From NCBI GenBank assembly GCA_964513645.1, contig CAZENF010000002.1:206072-270071 (forward strand): a DNA stretch of 64,000 nt, given 5' to 3'. This DNA comes from an uncultured Candidatus Saccharibacteria bacterium (GTDB taxonomy: Bacteria > Patescibacteriota > Minisyncoccia > 2-02-FULL-40-12 > GWA2-44-9). Position numbers and translations under genes: made by a program. Shown here piece after piece: positions 29,001 through 39,759 of the stretch. Numbering within the stretch: the stretch's first letter is position 1; each line of letters opens with the position of its first letter. The notes under the pieces are model-generated. The model saw nothing but the letters and a program-made list of their open reading frames with translations, had not been told where the DNA came from and searched no databases.

Positions 29001-29738
29001 TCAGCCTCTCGCAATGACCAGACAGATGACTTTTGAAGCGCCGCCGGACTTTAAAACCGAGGCCGCTTCCCTAAGTGTTCCGCCGGTGGTACAGACATCA
29101 TCTACCAACAATATGGTTCTTTTATTTATATCTACATTTTTATTAACGGAGAACTTTCCAGCTAAATTTTTGAGCCGTTCTTCTTTGTTTTGAACGTCTG
29201 CTTGGGGTTTTGTAAATTTATTTCTCATTAAGATTTCATTTTTTACCGTGAGTTGGGTTATCTCGCCGATCATATTGGACAATATTTCGGCCTGATTAAA
29301 ACCTCGCCAATTAAGGCGCCTAAGATGAAGCGGGACCGGGACTACGAGGGGATAGTTTTCGGTCAGGTTAAAATTTTTATCTCTGACAAGGTGGCGGATG
29401 TATTTTTTAAAAAGGGGTCTTAATGATGCGGCAATATCAGGTACCATGCGGTATTTAAGCGTTTTGATAGCTTTTTCGATGAGAGGATTATTGTAATCCG
29501 AAACTATCAACAAATTATCGATCACGGAAAATTCAGTACAATTAAAGCATGTTTTCCCAAGAGGTGTGGCGGTTTTACAGCCAGTGCACTCGAAATTATT
29601 TTTTATAGGAATTAAACCCAGGCACGATTTGCACAGGTATTCTTTCTTATTTTGAGGCGAAAATCTGCCGCAGCCAAGACAGCTTACTGGAAAAATCGTG
29701 TCTGCCAAAAAATTAAGCATTTGCTGGGGATAATTCAT
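29001..29738 (-). CDS. comFC: ComF family protein (ComFC-like phosphoribosyltransferase)
   Basis: N-terminal CxxC x4 zinc finger and C-terminal PRTase motif LLVDDVCTTGGTL. Confidence 0.8.
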   Translation of the reverse strand: MNYPQQMLNFLADTIFPVSCLGCGRFSPQNKKEYLCKSCLGLIPIKNNFECTGCKTATPLGKTCFNCTEFSVIDNLLIVSDYNNPLIEKAIKTLKYRMVPDIAASLRPLFKKYIRHLVRDKNFNLTENYPLVVPVPLHLRRLNWRGFNQAEILSNMIGEITQLTVKNEILMRNKFTKPQADVQNKEERLKNLAGKFSVNKNVDINKRTILLVDDVCTTGGTLREAASVLKSGGASKVICLVIARG

Positions 29739-29872
29739 GATTGTTACATCCGAGCTATGTTATAATAAAGATGGGTAAAATATAGTAATTTTTTGATTTC
29801 TAAGCAAATCAAAAGAATGTCAGGGTTTTGGGACCGGAGATTAACTACGGTTACTTTTAGGTTTTAGATCAA

Positions 29873-30964
29873 ATGCCGTTTAATTTTTTCAAATCAATTA
29901 AACCTGGAGGCAGTTTGGGAATAGACATCGGAACCTCCTCGATAAAAATAGTGGAACTTGATAAAAAGTCAGGACGTTTTTCTTTGTCTAATTACGGCAT
30001 ATTTGAACTTAAGGGTATAGAACAGCCCGGCAGTCCCGACATGGATTCCGAAAAATGGCAAAGTATTTTGAGAATGCCGGATAAAGAAATATCTGAAGGT
30101 ATCATGCAGCTTTTAAAAGCAGCTAAGATGAGTTCTGTCGGTGCGGTCGTTTCAATACCGTCTTTTTCTACCTTCGCGACCGTTATCGAGATGCCTTATG
30201 TCTCTAATGAGGATTTGGCCAGGGCTTTGCCGTTTGAAGCAAAGAAATATGTACCGATACCTCTTGATGAAGTAGTTCTCGATTGGTCAATCGTCGGAGT
30301 CGCGGACGGTACAAAAGCGGAAGCTGGACCCTCGACAGTGGAAGTTTTTCTGGCGGCGGTATCAAAAGAAGAAACAGCCCGTTACCAGACCATAATTAAG
30401 AATGCCAGTCTTGAACTCAAAGCTCTCGAGCTTGAGAACGCTGCCTTGATAAGGGGTCTTTTGGGCAACGACTTGAGTCCGACGGCCGTGGTCAATATCG
30501 GTGGCAGAAGTACCTCAATAATCATAGTTAACCGGGGATACGAAAGGGTGGGTCATAACTATGAGATCGGAGGTTTCGAGATCACCAAAGCAATTTCTCA
30601 ATCGCTTGGGGTAAATCTCGAAAAAGCAGAAGAACTTAAGAGAAAATTCGGTCTTAAAAAAACACAGGAGAATATTATCAACGAATCAATGACCTCGCTA
30701 ATAGATATGATGGTTTTTGAGACCAAAAAAACAATCGCCAATTACGAAGAATCAAAAAAAGAAAAGATTGCAAACATAGTTCTGGTCGGCGGCCTGACCA
30801 ATATGCCTGGTTTTGGCGATTATTTCAAAGAAAAGATCGGCCGCGATGTGGTCATCGGAGATCCGTTTTCGAGGGTGGTTTATCCCAAAGAATTGGACTC
30901 GCTTATGCCTGAATTAAGAAGTACCTTAGCTATCGCAATAGGGTTGGCAATGAGAGAAACATAA
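29873..30964 (+). CDS. pilM: Type IV pilus assembly protein PilM
   Basis: Actin-like ATPase fold, N-terminal GIDIGTSSIK, 363 aa. First gene of the pilMNO operon. Confidence 0.8.
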   Translation: MPFNFFKSIKPGGSLGIDIGTSSIKIVELDKKSGRFSLSNYGIFELKGIEQPGSPDMDSEKWQSILRMPDKEISEGIMQLLKAAKMSSVGAVVSIPSFSTFATVIEMPYVSNEDLARALPFEAKKYVPIPLDEVVLDWSIVGVADGTKAEAGPSTVEVFLAAVSKEETARYQTIIKNASLELKALELENAALIRGLLGNDLSPTAVVNIGGRSTSIIIVNRGYERVGHNYEIGGFEITKAISQSLGVNLEKAEELKRKFGLKKTQENIINESMTSLIDMMVFETKKTIANYEESKKEKIANIVLVGGLTNMPGFGDYFKEKIGRDVVIGDPFSRVVYPKELDSLMPELRSTLAIAIGLAMRET

Positions 30965-31061
30965 GGTGATATAATAAGATTAGATCCCTGTATTAAAATT
31001 TGACCGGAGCACTTATCAGGCAACAAACAGTTCTCCGGCGAAATTTTAGGGAAATAAGCAC

Positions 31062-31613
31062 GTGGACGGTAAAGACGGATTACAATTATTACCTGGAACT
31101 AAGAAAAGACTTGGAATTAAAATCCCGGGTGAGAACCGATTTCTTTACACCGGCAGTGCCGTATTGGGGGCGGTGCTTGTTAGCATGTTCGTTTTGCAGA
31201 ACTATATAACCTCTTTGAAAACCAAGGTTATGGACATAAATGACCAGATAACCGGGGTTGAGCAAAAAAGAAATAAAAAAGATGAAAACGAACTCCGATC
31301 TTTGAAAGACCACCTTATTACAACCTCAACCCTGATCAAACAGCACAGATACTGGACACAGTTGTTTACTTGGTTTGCCAGTACCTTGGAAGGCCAGGTC
31401 CAGATCAGATCGTTGAATGTGAGCACGGCTGGTAAAATTACCGTTTCTGCGATTGCCGCCAATTATACCGTTGTGGCCAAGCAGATTGCAGCTTTTCTTA
31501 CTGACGACAAAATAACGGATTTCAATGTCAGCAAGTTAACTGCGGCCTCAAACGGAAGCGTCGAGTTCGGAATTGAAATGAAGGTCGATCTTTCGAAACT
31601 TATTTATAAATAA
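31062..31613 (+). CDS. pilN: PilN-like pilus assembly protein
   Basis: Single N-terminal TM helix then a coiled-coil. Sits between pilM and pilO. Confidence 0.6.
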   Translation: MDGKDGLQLLPGTKKRLGIKIPGENRFLYTGSAVLGAVLVSMFVLQNYITSLKTKVMDINDQITGVEQKRNKKDENELRSLKDHLITTSTLIKQHRYWTQLFTWFASTLEGQVQIRSLNVSTAGKITVSAIAANYTVVAKQIAAFLTDDKITDFNVSKLTAASNGSVEFGIEMKVDLSKLIYK

Positions 31614-32218
31614 TGGCGAGGAGCATAAAAAATTTAATAGCCTCTGTCCTGATATCGATAAGCGGTTATCTTTTGTGGACCCAGGTTTTGCCGGACTATA
31701 CGATAGTTAACTTTTTAAAAGCGGAAGTAATATCTAAAACAGATGTTTTAAATTCAAGATCGGAAACGATCAAGAAGATACAGAATTTAAGACAGGATAG
31801 TAGCTCTAAATACACAGCACTTCAAAGATTAGCCCTGGTCGTACCGGACAAAAGAAACATCTCCGAACTTATAACGGAACTCGAAGAAATATACTCCAAT
31901 AATGGATTTATTTTGCCTGCAATAAGTTTGGGCGATCTTGAACAGGACCCGACAAGCCAGGTAGCCAAAATAGGTTTTGAAGGCGGAGCGATCGGAACTT
32001 ATTCTCAATTCTTGAGCTTTCTCGGCAGTTTTCAAAAAAGCATAAGACTGTTCGATATAAGCACTATTGATATAGGTTCAGGAACAGGAGTCGGTCTTGG
32101 TGGAGGGAATGATCCCCAGCTTACATTCAATATGAACGGGCAATTTTATTGGTTAAGGCCGGCCGAATCGGTTGTGACCCCCGGCGGGACTTCATCTGGT
32201 GCTAAGGAGGCGCCATAA
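31613..32218 (+). CDS. pilO: PilO-like pilus assembly protein
   Basis: N-terminal TM helix, coiled-coil and ferredoxin-like domain. Sits between pilN and the downstream ATPases. Confidence 0.55.
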   Translation: MARSIKNLIASVLISISGYLLWTQVLPDYTIVNFLKAEVISKTDVLNSRSETIKKIQNLRQDSSSKYTALQRLALVVPDKRNISELITELEEIYSNNGFILPAISLGDLEQDPTSQVAKIGFEGGAIGTYSQFLSFLGSFQKSIRLFDISTIDIGSGTGVGLGGGNDPQLTFNMNGQFYWLRPAESVVTPGGTSSGAKEAP

Positions 32219-32220
32219 AT

Positions 32221-32511
32221 ATGGATAGGATAATAATACAATTTGGCAGAAGTAAAATAATATTATCATTGATAATAATGATAGGTTTGGTTGCCGGATA
32301 TATGTCATACTCTCAAGCTGATGATCCGACGGTCGGTGTTATAAGCAACCAGCCGGCCATAAAAGCCGGAGATTTGGAGTATTTCAATAATTTTAATGTC
32401 GACTTTTCGATACTTGACGACCCTCGTTATAAGGATCTGGAAATCTTCGGAGAAAATCCTGTTGATGCGGGAATTATTGGTGAGCGTAAAAATCCTTTCG
32501 CTCCGCTTTAA
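32221..32511 (+). CDS. Small membrane-anchored protein (PilP-like placeholder)
   Basis: 96 aa with an N-terminal TM helix, between pilO and pilB. Confidence 0.35.
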   Translation: MDRIIIQFGRSKIILSLIIMIGLVAGYMSYSQADDPTVGVISNQPAIKAGDLEYFNNFNVDFSILDDPRYKDLEIFGENPVDAGIIGERKNPFAPL

Positions 32512-32513
32512 AA

Positions 32514-34262
32514 ATGCCGATAAAAATACCAAACACATTAGTTGAGGAATTAATTCGCCAGGGCCTGATGAACAAAAAAGACTCAAAGGCCTACGAGGAT
32601 TTGGCGCGTAAAGAAGATAAAGAACTCGGTCAGATACTTATAGAAAAAGACGTTGTTACTTCTGCCAACCTTCTTCAGATAAAATCACAGCTTTATCATC
32701 TGCCGATCGTAAAACTTGAAGAAGTTCAGATCGACAATAACGCTCTTAAAGAAGTTTCCGAAGATATCGTCGCTTTTTATAAGATAGCCCCCTTCGCCAG
32801 AGAGGGGAATGTACTTAAAGTTGGAGTTCTTAATCCTGAAGACATAGATGCCTTGGAAGCTCTTAAGTTTATCGCTTCCGGACGTGGTTTTACTATCGAT
32901 AAATATGTAATGGATTATAAGGATTTTGAGTCGGTTCTCAGAGGTTACCGTTCTTTATCGGCTGAAGTTGGAAAAGCCCTCGAATCGCTCTCGGATGAGA
33001 TAGAAGAAGAAGCCGTCGGTCCCCAGAAGATAGAAGAAATAACCGCCGAGGGAGCTGTTACCAAAATTGTTGCCTCCATCGTCAAATATGCGGTTGAGTC
33101 GAGAGCGTCTGATATTCATATAGAACCATTCGAAGAGAAGGTTAATGTCCGTTTCAGGGTAGACGGCGTTTTAATCATAGCTTTAACGCTTCCGAAGAAT
33201 GTACACTCGGCTGTTCTGACCAGAATAAAAGTTCTTTCTAACTTAAAAATAGATGAAACTCGCCTTGCTCAGGACGGCCGTTTTTCTACAACTCTGAACA
33301 AAAGAAGGATCGATTTCCGTGTTTCAACTTTTCCGACCAAGAACGGCGAAAAAGTCGTTATGCGTATCTTGGACCCGTTGACGAGCAAGATAGATCTTGT
33401 TGACCTGGGTCTCGAAGGTCGTTCAATGGAGGTTCTTGAGAGGTCTTTGGCGAAACCGTTCGGCAGTGTACTTATAACCGGTCCGACCGGTTCCGGAAAA
33501 TCAACGACCTTGGCCGGTATTTTAAAACGTATGAACAACGAGGAGGTTAACATAGTCACTCTCGAGGATCCTATCGAGTATTTTGTTGAGGGCGTTAACC
33601 AGTCACAGGTCCATGAAGAGATCGGATATACTTTTGCTTCCGGCTTGAGACATATTTTGAGGCAGGACCCGGATATTATCATGGTCGGTGAGATTAGAGA
33701 CCCGGAAACCGCTTCTTTGGCCGTTCAGGCCGCATTGACCGGTCACATTGTTATTTCAACTCTCCACACCAATGATGCCATCGGCGTTGTTCCCAGGTTG
33801 ATAGACATGAAGGTGGAAAAGTATCTTATTCCGCCGACCCTTAACGTGGCTGTTGCTCAAAGACTGTTGCGTCGTCTCTGTTCTGATTGTAAAATTAAGG
33901 ATAAGGCGAACGTTGCCGAAGAGGGGATAATCAACGCCGCTCTTCAGACAATGCCGGAACAGTACAGCAAGCAGCTTTATTCTGCGACCGGTTATGAAAT
34001 TTACCGGCCCAACATCGACAACGCCTGTAAGAAATGCGGCGGCAAGGCTTTTAAAGGCAGGATCGCTATTTTTGAAATGTTGGAAATGAACGACCATCTC
34101 GAAAAAATTATTTTAGCCGATATTTCAGAGGCGTCTTTGAGAGAAGAAGGTAAGCGTCAGGGTATGATAACAATGTTCCAGGACGGTATCCTTAAAACTT
34201 TAAAAGGCGTTTGCTCTCTTGATGAGCTCCTCGAAGTAGCTCAAATGGAGGACAAAGGGTAA
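32514..34262 (+). CDS. pilB: Type IV pilus assembly ATPase PilB (GspE family)
   Basis: Walker A GPTGSGKSTT, the Asp box and a C-terminal tetracysteine motif. Confidence 0.9.
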   Translation: MPIKIPNTLVEELIRQGLMNKKDSKAYEDLARKEDKELGQILIEKDVVTSANLLQIKSQLYHLPIVKLEEVQIDNNALKEVSEDIVAFYKIAPFAREGNVLKVGVLNPEDIDALEALKFIASGRGFTIDKYVMDYKDFESVLRGYRSLSAEVGKALESLSDEIEEEAVGPQKIEEITAEGAVTKIVASIVKYAVESRASDIHIEPFEEKVNVRFRVDGVLIIALTLPKNVHSAVLTRIKVLSNLKIDETRLAQDGRFSTTLNKRRIDFRVSTFPTKNGEKVVMRILDPLTSKIDLVDLGLEGRSMEVLERSLAKPFGSVLITGPTGSGKSTTLAGILKRMNNEEVNIVTLEDPIEYFVEGVNQSQVHEEIGYTFASGLRHILRQDPDIIMVGEIRDPETASLAVQAALTGHIVISTLHTNDAIGVVPRLIDMKVEKYLIPPTLNVAVAQRLLRRLCSDCKIKDKANVAEEGIINAALQTMPEQYSKQLYSATGYEIYRPNIDNACKKCGGKAFKGRIAIFEMLEMNDHLEKIILADISEASLREEGKRQGMITMFQDGILKTLKGVCSLDELLEVAQMEDKG

Positions 34263-34271
34263 TTTACAAAT

Positions 34272-35339
34272 ATGGCGGATTTTAAACAACAGCTCGAAGA
34301 CCTATTATTGAATGCTGCGCAGAACAACGCGTCTGATATCCATTTGTCTCCTGGAAATTATCCGATATTGAGAATAGACGGGCGCCTTATACCGTTGTCC
34401 AATAAAAAGATCCTCGATTCAGAAACTCTCGAGGGTGTTATTTCCATACTTCTTGGCGATGAGAGGAAAGCTCGCTTTGTTTCAGAGAAAGAACTCGATT
34501 TTTCTTATGAATCTGCCCAAGGCGTCCGTTTCAGAGTAAATGTTTATTATACTCAAGGCCGGATGGCGGCAACCCTTCGCCTGGTGCCTGTTCAGATTAA
34601 AAGCGTAGAGGACTTGAATCTCCCTCCGATATTAAAAGTTTTTGGAAAACTTTCCCAAGGTTTTATCTTGGTTGTCGGGCCAAACGGCCACGGTAAATCA
34701 ACGACCCTTGCGGCTTTGGTGGACCTTATTAATAAAGAAAGATCGGAAAAGATAATCACTATCGAGGATCCGATAGAATATATTTTTACACCTGAAAAAA
34801 GCATTATTGACCAGAGAGAGGTTTATCAGGATACATTCTCTTTTCATAAAGCTCTACGCTCCGCTTTCCGCGAGAATGTTAATGTCGTGATGGTAGGAGA
34901 GATGAGGGACTACGAAACTATGAGTGCTGCCGTTACCGCCGCCGAAACAGGCCATCTTGTTTTCGGTTCCCTTCATACAAACAGCGCCTCTCAAACCATC
35001 GAAAGGATAATCGACAGTTTTCCTCCCAACCAGCAAACCCAGATAAGGAATCAGCTGGCAAACACCATTTCTGGTATAATTTCTCAGCGTCTCATCCCAA
35101 GAATAAAAGGCGGTCTCATTCCTGCAGTCGAGGTTATGATCGCAACTCCGGCCATCAGAACCCTTATCCGGGACAACCGTCCTCGCCAGCTCGACCTGGT
35201 CATCGAAACCAGCCAGGAAACGGGTATGATATCTCTTAACCGTTCTTTGGCTGACCTCGTCCGGTTAAAAGAAATAAGTTTGGAAAGGGCCCAGTTCTAT
35301 TCACAGAACCCTTCGGAACTCAAAGAGTTAATACGTTAG
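34272..35339 (+). CDS. pilT: Twitching motility/retraction ATPase PilT
   Basis: GPNGHGKSTT Walker A, 355 aa, the PilT size class. Confidence 0.85.
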   Translation: MADFKQQLEDLLLNAAQNNASDIHLSPGNYPILRIDGRLIPLSNKKILDSETLEGVISILLGDERKARFVSEKELDFSYESAQGVRFRVNVYYTQGRMAATLRLVPVQIKSVEDLNLPPILKVFGKLSQGFILVVGPNGHGKSTTLAALVDLINKERSEKIITIEDPIEYIFTPEKSIIDQREVYQDTFSFHKALRSAFRENVNVVMVGEMRDYETMSAAVTAAETGHLVFGSLHTNSASQTIERIIDSFPPNQQTQIRNQLANTISGIISQRLIPRIKGGLIPAVEVMIATPAIRTLIRDNRPRQLDLVIETSQETGMISLNRSLADLVRLKEISLERAQFYSQNPSELKELIR

Positions 35340-35396
35340 GTTATAGGTAAGAAGCCGGGATTTATTAGCTGCTTACCGATAAGCTAATTTTATAAT

Positions 35397-36608
35397 TTGG
35401 CAGAATTTAGTTATCAGGCTAAAACTCGGGAAGGCCATATTGTTCAAGGGATAATCGATTCCCCGAACCAGAATCTGGCCGTCGATATCCTTCATGGCAA
35501 GGGTTATATTATATTGTCTCTCGAATCCAAATCGTCGCTAAGCACTATGGATATCTCGCTCGGTTTTCTTTCCCGGCCGAACAGCAAAGACCTCGCGATA
35601 TTCACCCGCCAGTTATCAACCCTTATTGATGCAGACATGCCTTTAAGCGAAGGTCTAAGAATTCTTGCGAAACAGGTGGATAAAGCATCTCTCCGTACGA
35701 TAATTGCGGAAATCGCCGAAGCGGTTGAAGGAGGTTCTTTGCTTTCAGCCGCCTTGTCCCAATATCCGAAATTATTCTCAGATTTCTATGTTAAGCTCGT
35801 TCAATCCGGAGAAATATCCGGAAAACTTCATGATTCTCTTTTATATCTTGCTGATTATGTCGAGCACAGCCAGGAAATAAATTCAAAAATAAGAGGTGCG
35901 ATGGCTTATCCTTCTTTTATCATATTTTCTTTAGTCGTCGTTACTGTAATTATGACCACTTTTGTCTTACCTCAATTGCTGTCAATATTTAAAGAGGTTG
36001 GCGCGACAGATTTGCCGATCACTACCCGGACCCTTATTTGGGTAACAGACTTTGTTAACGGCAATCTCCTGTTTTTGTCGATATTTTCTTTCTTTTCAAT
36101 ATCAATAATAGTTTATTTTATAAGAACACCCGAGGGAAAAGAATGGCTTGATGTGGTCAAGATCAGATTTCCCCAGCTTGGAACGATAGTCCGGAATCTC
36201 TACCTTGCCAGAATGGCGGAAAGTCTTACCACTCTTATGAAATCAGGCATCCCCATCTTAGACGCTCTTAAAATTACCGGAGAATTAGTGGGTAATTCGG
36301 TTTTTAAGAAGATAGTTTTAGATGCAGAAGAAAGCGTTAAGGCAGGAGGAAGTATTTCAGCGGCTCTGACCAAATATAAAGAGATTCCGCCGCTTTTTTC
36401 TTCGATGATAGCAATAGGGGAGAGAACAGGTAAGATGGAGTTTATCTTAGAGCATGTGTCTAAATTTTATAAATCCGAATCAGAAGCATCCATCGACAGT
36501 ATCTCTCAGATAGTTGAGCCTGCCCTTATCTTGCTTCTCGGTGTTGCGGTCGCCGGATTGGTTTCGAGCATACTTTTGCCTATATATAACGTTGTCAGTA
36601 GCGTCTAA
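35397..36608 (+). CDS. pilC: Type IV pilus platform protein PilC (GspF family)
   Basis: Duplicated GspF domains with three TM helices. 403 aa. Confidence 0.85.
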   Translation: MAEFSYQAKTREGHIVQGIIDSPNQNLAVDILHGKGYIILSLESKSSLSTMDISLGFLSRPNSKDLAIFTRQLSTLIDADMPLSEGLRILAKQVDKASLRTIIAEIAEAVEGGSLLSAALSQYPKLFSDFYVKLVQSGEISGKLHDSLLYLADYVEHSQEINSKIRGAMAYPSFIIFSLVVVTVIMTTFVLPQLLSIFKEVGATDLPITTRTLIWVTDFVNGNLLFLSIFSFFSISIIVYFIRTPEGKEWLDVVKIRFPQLGTIVRNLYLARMAESLTTLMKSGIPILDALKITGELVGNSVFKKIVLDAEESVKAGGSISAALTKYKEIPPLFSSMIAIGERTGKMEFILEHVSKFYKSESEASIDSISQIVEPALILLLGVAVAGLVSSILLPIYNVVSSV

Positions 36609-36636
36609 GATAATTATCGGATGTGGATATCTTGTT

Positions 36637-36664
36637 TTGCTAAGAATTACAGGCGCTGTATAAT
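36637..36664 (+). promoter_or_regulatory. Sigma70-like promoter of the major pilin gene, with a 110-nt leader
   Basis: -35 TTGCTA, 16-nt spacer, -10 TATAAT. Confidence 0.45.
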
Positions 36665-36776
36665 TAATCGTAGGTCCATAAAACTTCGTTTCTAAATATA
36701 AAGTTTAAGTTCTCTATCAGTTGCTTTTTAGTTTTTATCCTTAAAGCTAAAGACCAAGTGATAGAAGCTAAATAAA

Positions 36777-37349
36777 GTGTCGATTATAAAAAAACTAACT
36801 AAAAACTCTTCAAAGGGTTTTACTTTGGTCGAATTGCTGGTCGTTATCGCTATCATCGGTGTTTTAGCCACCTTGATATTGCTTCAGTTGGGTGCTGCTC
36901 GTCAAAAAGCGAGAGACGCCAAGAGAGTTGCTGATATCAACCAGGTCAGGTCCGCAGTCGAATTGTACTTCGACGATAACAGCGGTCACTATCCGAACGT
37001 CCAGACCCTTAACGATAACCTCGTTAACGTAGGTAAATATATGACCCTATTGCCGGTTGACCCTCTTGCTGCCGGAGGTTGTGGTGCCGGTGCAACTGCC
37101 AACTATAACGGTACAGGAGGTTGTTACGGCTATGCATGGAGCCCGAACGTGAATCCAGGTAAATTTCATCTCTGGGCCGAACTCGAGAGATACTCAACCG
37201 CCCTCACCGCTGATATTGACTTCAACTCTTTGGGCGCATCCCCGGTCTTTAATGGAGCTGCTGTGAACGGAGCCAGTGAAGCCCAGCCTTGTGCTGATAC
37301 GAACGTCCAGAACCAGAACTGTGTCTATGATGTCGGTGTGACTCAATAA
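36777..37349 (+). CDS. pilA: Type IV major pilin (prepilin)
   Basis: Class III signal KGFTLVELLVVIAIIGVLA, Glu+5 and a C-terminal Cys pair. Confidence 0.9.
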   Translation: MSIIKKLTKNSSKGFTLVELLVVIAIIGVLATLILLQLGAARQKARDAKRVADINQVRSAVELYFDDNSGHYPNVQTLNDNLVNVGKYMTLLPVDPLAAGGCGAGATANYNGTGGCYGYAWSPNVNPGKFHLWAELERYSTALTADIDFNSLGASPVFNGAAVNGASEAQPCADTNVQNQNCVYDVGVTQ

Positions 37350-37361
37350 GTTCTAATATTA

Positions 37362-37390
37362 AAAATCCCCCTTCTTGGGGGATTTTTAAT
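37362..37390 (+). terminator. Rho-independent terminator of the pilin transcript
   Basis: Stem ATCCCCC/GGGGGAT followed by T5. Confidence 0.7.
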
Positions 37391-37409
37391 TAGATGATAT
37401 CATCAGTTC

Positions 37410-38168
37410 ATGAATTATCTTTACCTCCTAATGGTAATTTTTATCGGAACCTGCTTAGGAAGCTTTATGAGTGTCCTTGTTTCAAGACTGGATGAGAAAG
37501 AGGGGATATTAACCGGACGGTCAGAATGTCCTAAATGCCTGGTTAAATTAAAATGGTATGACTTGGTGCCTCTACTTAGCTTTTTTGCTTTGGGTGGAAA
37601 GTGCCGTAAGTGTAAAGAAAAAATATCTTTTATTTATCCGGCGATGGAGTTGTCGGTTGCTTTTTCTTTTGCCTCCTATCTCGTTATCAACGGCTTTTAC
37701 CTTAGTTTAGCGGATATATACAGTTTAATGATGATATTTATACTCCTTATCTTATTTTTCTTTGACTTTACTTACTATATTTTGCCAGATAAGATAATAT
37801 TTCCGGGCATAGCTATATCAGTACTATATTCTGTATTTTTTGAGCCGAACTATTTCTTCGAGCGTCTTTTAACTGGCTTGGGCTTGGCGGGTTTTTTTGC
37901 TATTATGTATGTAATATCTCACGGTGAATGGATTGGTTTTGGGGACGTTAAGCTCGCTTTGTTTGTTGGCCTGTTGACGGGATTTTTATTGGGCATGTTT
38001 TCAATGCTTACTGCGATCTGGGTGGGTGCTTTTTGGGGCATCGGTATGATGTTAATGAGCAGGGCCAGCATGAAAACGGCGCTTCCTTTCGGTTGTTTTA
38101 TATGTTCTACAACCATCATAAGTATAATATTTCATGGATACATCACTTTATCCCTCACTAAATTATAA
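37410..38168 (+). CDS. pilD: Prepilin peptidase PilD (A24 family)
   Basis: N-terminal CPKC...CRKC zinc motif and eight TM helices. Confidence 0.85.
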   Translation: MNYLYLLMVIFIGTCLGSFMSVLVSRLDEKEGILTGRSECPKCLVKLKWYDLVPLLSFFALGGKCRKCKEKISFIYPAMELSVAFSFASYLVINGFYLSLADIYSLMMIFILLILFFFDFTYYILPDKIIFPGIAISVLYSVFFEPNYFFERLLTGLGLAGFFAIMYVISHGEWIGFGDVKLALFVGLLTGFLLGMFSMLTAIWVGAFWGIGMMLMSRASMKTALPFGCFICSTTIISIIFHGYITLSLTKL

Positions 38169-38190
38169 AAAAAAGACTTCTGAATATTTG

Positions 38191-38553
38191 ATGGCGTTTG
38201 TCCTTATGTTTCTTGTCGGGGCGGGTGTTTTGTGGGTCAGGGGATTTTTAAATTTAGATAAGGCGCGTCTGGACCTCGATATCAATGGTCGGAAAAGATC
38301 TTTTGAGGGCGAGGTTACTCGGAATATGACCGTTATTGACGTCATCCAGGCCGCGGCTTTGGCCGGCAATATCTCTCTTGCGTTGGTTAAGGACGAAAAC
38401 GGCGGATTTTTTATCCGCTCCATTGACGGATATTCTTCCGTGACCAGTACCAAAAAACTTGATATTTATTTAAATTCTTCAAAAATAGACCCGGCTAAGA
38501 TATCCTCTACTATCGTCAGGAGCGGAGATAAAATAATTATAACCACCGAATAA
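38191..38553 (+). CDS. Membrane-anchored hypothetical protein in the pilus operon
   Basis: N-terminal TM helix and a beta-rich C-terminus. Start moved to the ATG that does not overlap pilD. Confidence 0.4.
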   Translation: MAFVLMFLVGAGVLWVRGFLNLDKARLDLDINGRKRSFEGEVTRNMTVIDVIQAAALAGNISLALVKDENGGFFIRSIDGYSSVTSTKKLDIYLNSSKIDPAKISSTIVRSGDKIIITTE

Positions 38554-38559
38554 TGAAAA

Positions 38560-39246
38560 ATGACCAGTAATCCCAAAAAAACAAGTAATAAACTTATCCG
38601 CACAGCCGGCTTTACTTTGATGGAGGTTTTGGTGGTGATGAGTATTTCTTCTTTTATTGTTATAACCCTTCTCAGCAATGTCTTAAGGAACAGGGTTAGT
38701 TTAAGTGAAACCGCGAGGGTTATTGTGGCGGATATAAGAACCGCCCAGGCAAATGCTTTGGCCTCTAAACAATATAACAACCTTAACCGCTGCGGCTATG
38801 GCCTTCATATGCTGACTAAGAGCCAAGCTTCAACTGCCGAACCTTTCGGCCGTACGTATTATTTGTGGACAACAGGCGCAAGTCCACCAAGTTGTCCTCC
38901 TTCAGGTGGCAATGCAACCTACCAGCCGTCGGACTCAGGGGTTGTTACTAACAGGATACTGGATTCGAGACTTGAGATGTGTGATCCGCCTTCAGGACAA
39001 AATAGCTGTGCTTCGGGTACCGGCACCAGCGGGTCTTTTAATGACATATACTTCTCAAATACAAGCGGAACCATCTTTGTGAATAATAAATCCTGCCCCA
39101 TCAATAATGCCGCGCAAGGATATTCAGAGATACTTATCCGCAAAATAGGAGCAACCTGCCCGTCTTCAAGTTGCTTATACATATGCGTAATGGCTAATGG
39201 CAATATCTTCAATAGTGCCAATCCTTGTACCGCGGTTACCTGTTAA
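38560..39246 (+). CDS. Type IV minor pilin (pseudopilin), Cys-rich C-terminus
   Basis: Prepilin motif AGFTLMEVLVVMSI. Confidence 0.75.
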   Translation: MTSNPKKTSNKLIRTAGFTLMEVLVVMSISSFIVITLLSNVLRNRVSLSETARVIVADIRTAQANALASKQYNNLNRCGYGLHMLTKSQASTAEPFGRTYYLWTTGASPPSCPPSGGNATYQPSDSGVVTNRILDSRLEMCDPPSGQNSCASGTGTSGSFNDIYFSNTSGTIFVNNKSCPINNAAQGYSEILIRKIGATCPSSSCLYICVMANGNIFNSANPCTAVTC

Positions 39247-39249
39247 TAA

Positions 39250-39759
39250 ATGATCATGCACAAAGAACCCCATAGAATTCGTGAAAAAGGGACTACGCTT
39301 GTGGAAGCGATGGTTTCCGTGCTTATTTTAAGCATCGGTATCATCCCTTCATTCTCTATTATTTTGTTGGCGAACAGCTTTTCCTCAACCATAAAAAATA
39401 ATCTTATTGCTTCCAACCTTGCCCAGGAGGGTCTTGAGGTTGTCAGAGCTCTCCGGGATAATAACCGCTTTAATAACCGTGCCTTTGATTCAGGCCTTGC
39501 CGCCGGAACTTATACAGTTGATTGGAATTCAAATGCCCTTTTGGTGGTGGGAACCAACCCCTCCCTCTTATTGAATAATGTGGGTTTATACAATTATTCC
39601 AGCGGCACAGATACTGGTTTTCACCGGAGAATAATAATCGTCAAAGACCCCTTAACTTCCTGTAATTGCGAACTCCGCATAACTTCGGAAATAACCTGGA
39701 ACGAAAGAGGGAAAAGCAAACTCATTACCGCCGAATCACATTTATATAATTGGTTTTAA
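39250..39759 (+). CDS. Type IV minor pilin, PilV-like
   Basis: Prepilin motif KGTTLVEAMVSVLIL. Confidence 0.7.
   Translation: MIMHKEPHRIREKGTTLVEAMVSVLILSIGIIPSFSIILLANSFSSTIKNNLIASNLAQEGLEVVRALRDNNRFNNRAFDSGLAAGTYTVDWNSNALLVVGTNPSLLLNNVGLYNYSSGTDTGFHRRIIIVKDPLTSCNCELRITSEITWNERGKSKLITAESHLYNWF

Noticed and set aside
28566-29193. Three overlapping plus-strand ORFs (86, 73 and 103 aa)
   Set aside because: They run through the minus-strand tRNA-Ser gene and the GC-rich hairpin element. They are artefacts of stop-codon-poor GC-rich sequence.
31000-31209. 69-aa ORF overlapping the pilN start
   Set aside because: Alternative-frame overlap with the pilN 5' end. No RBS or conservation argument supports it.
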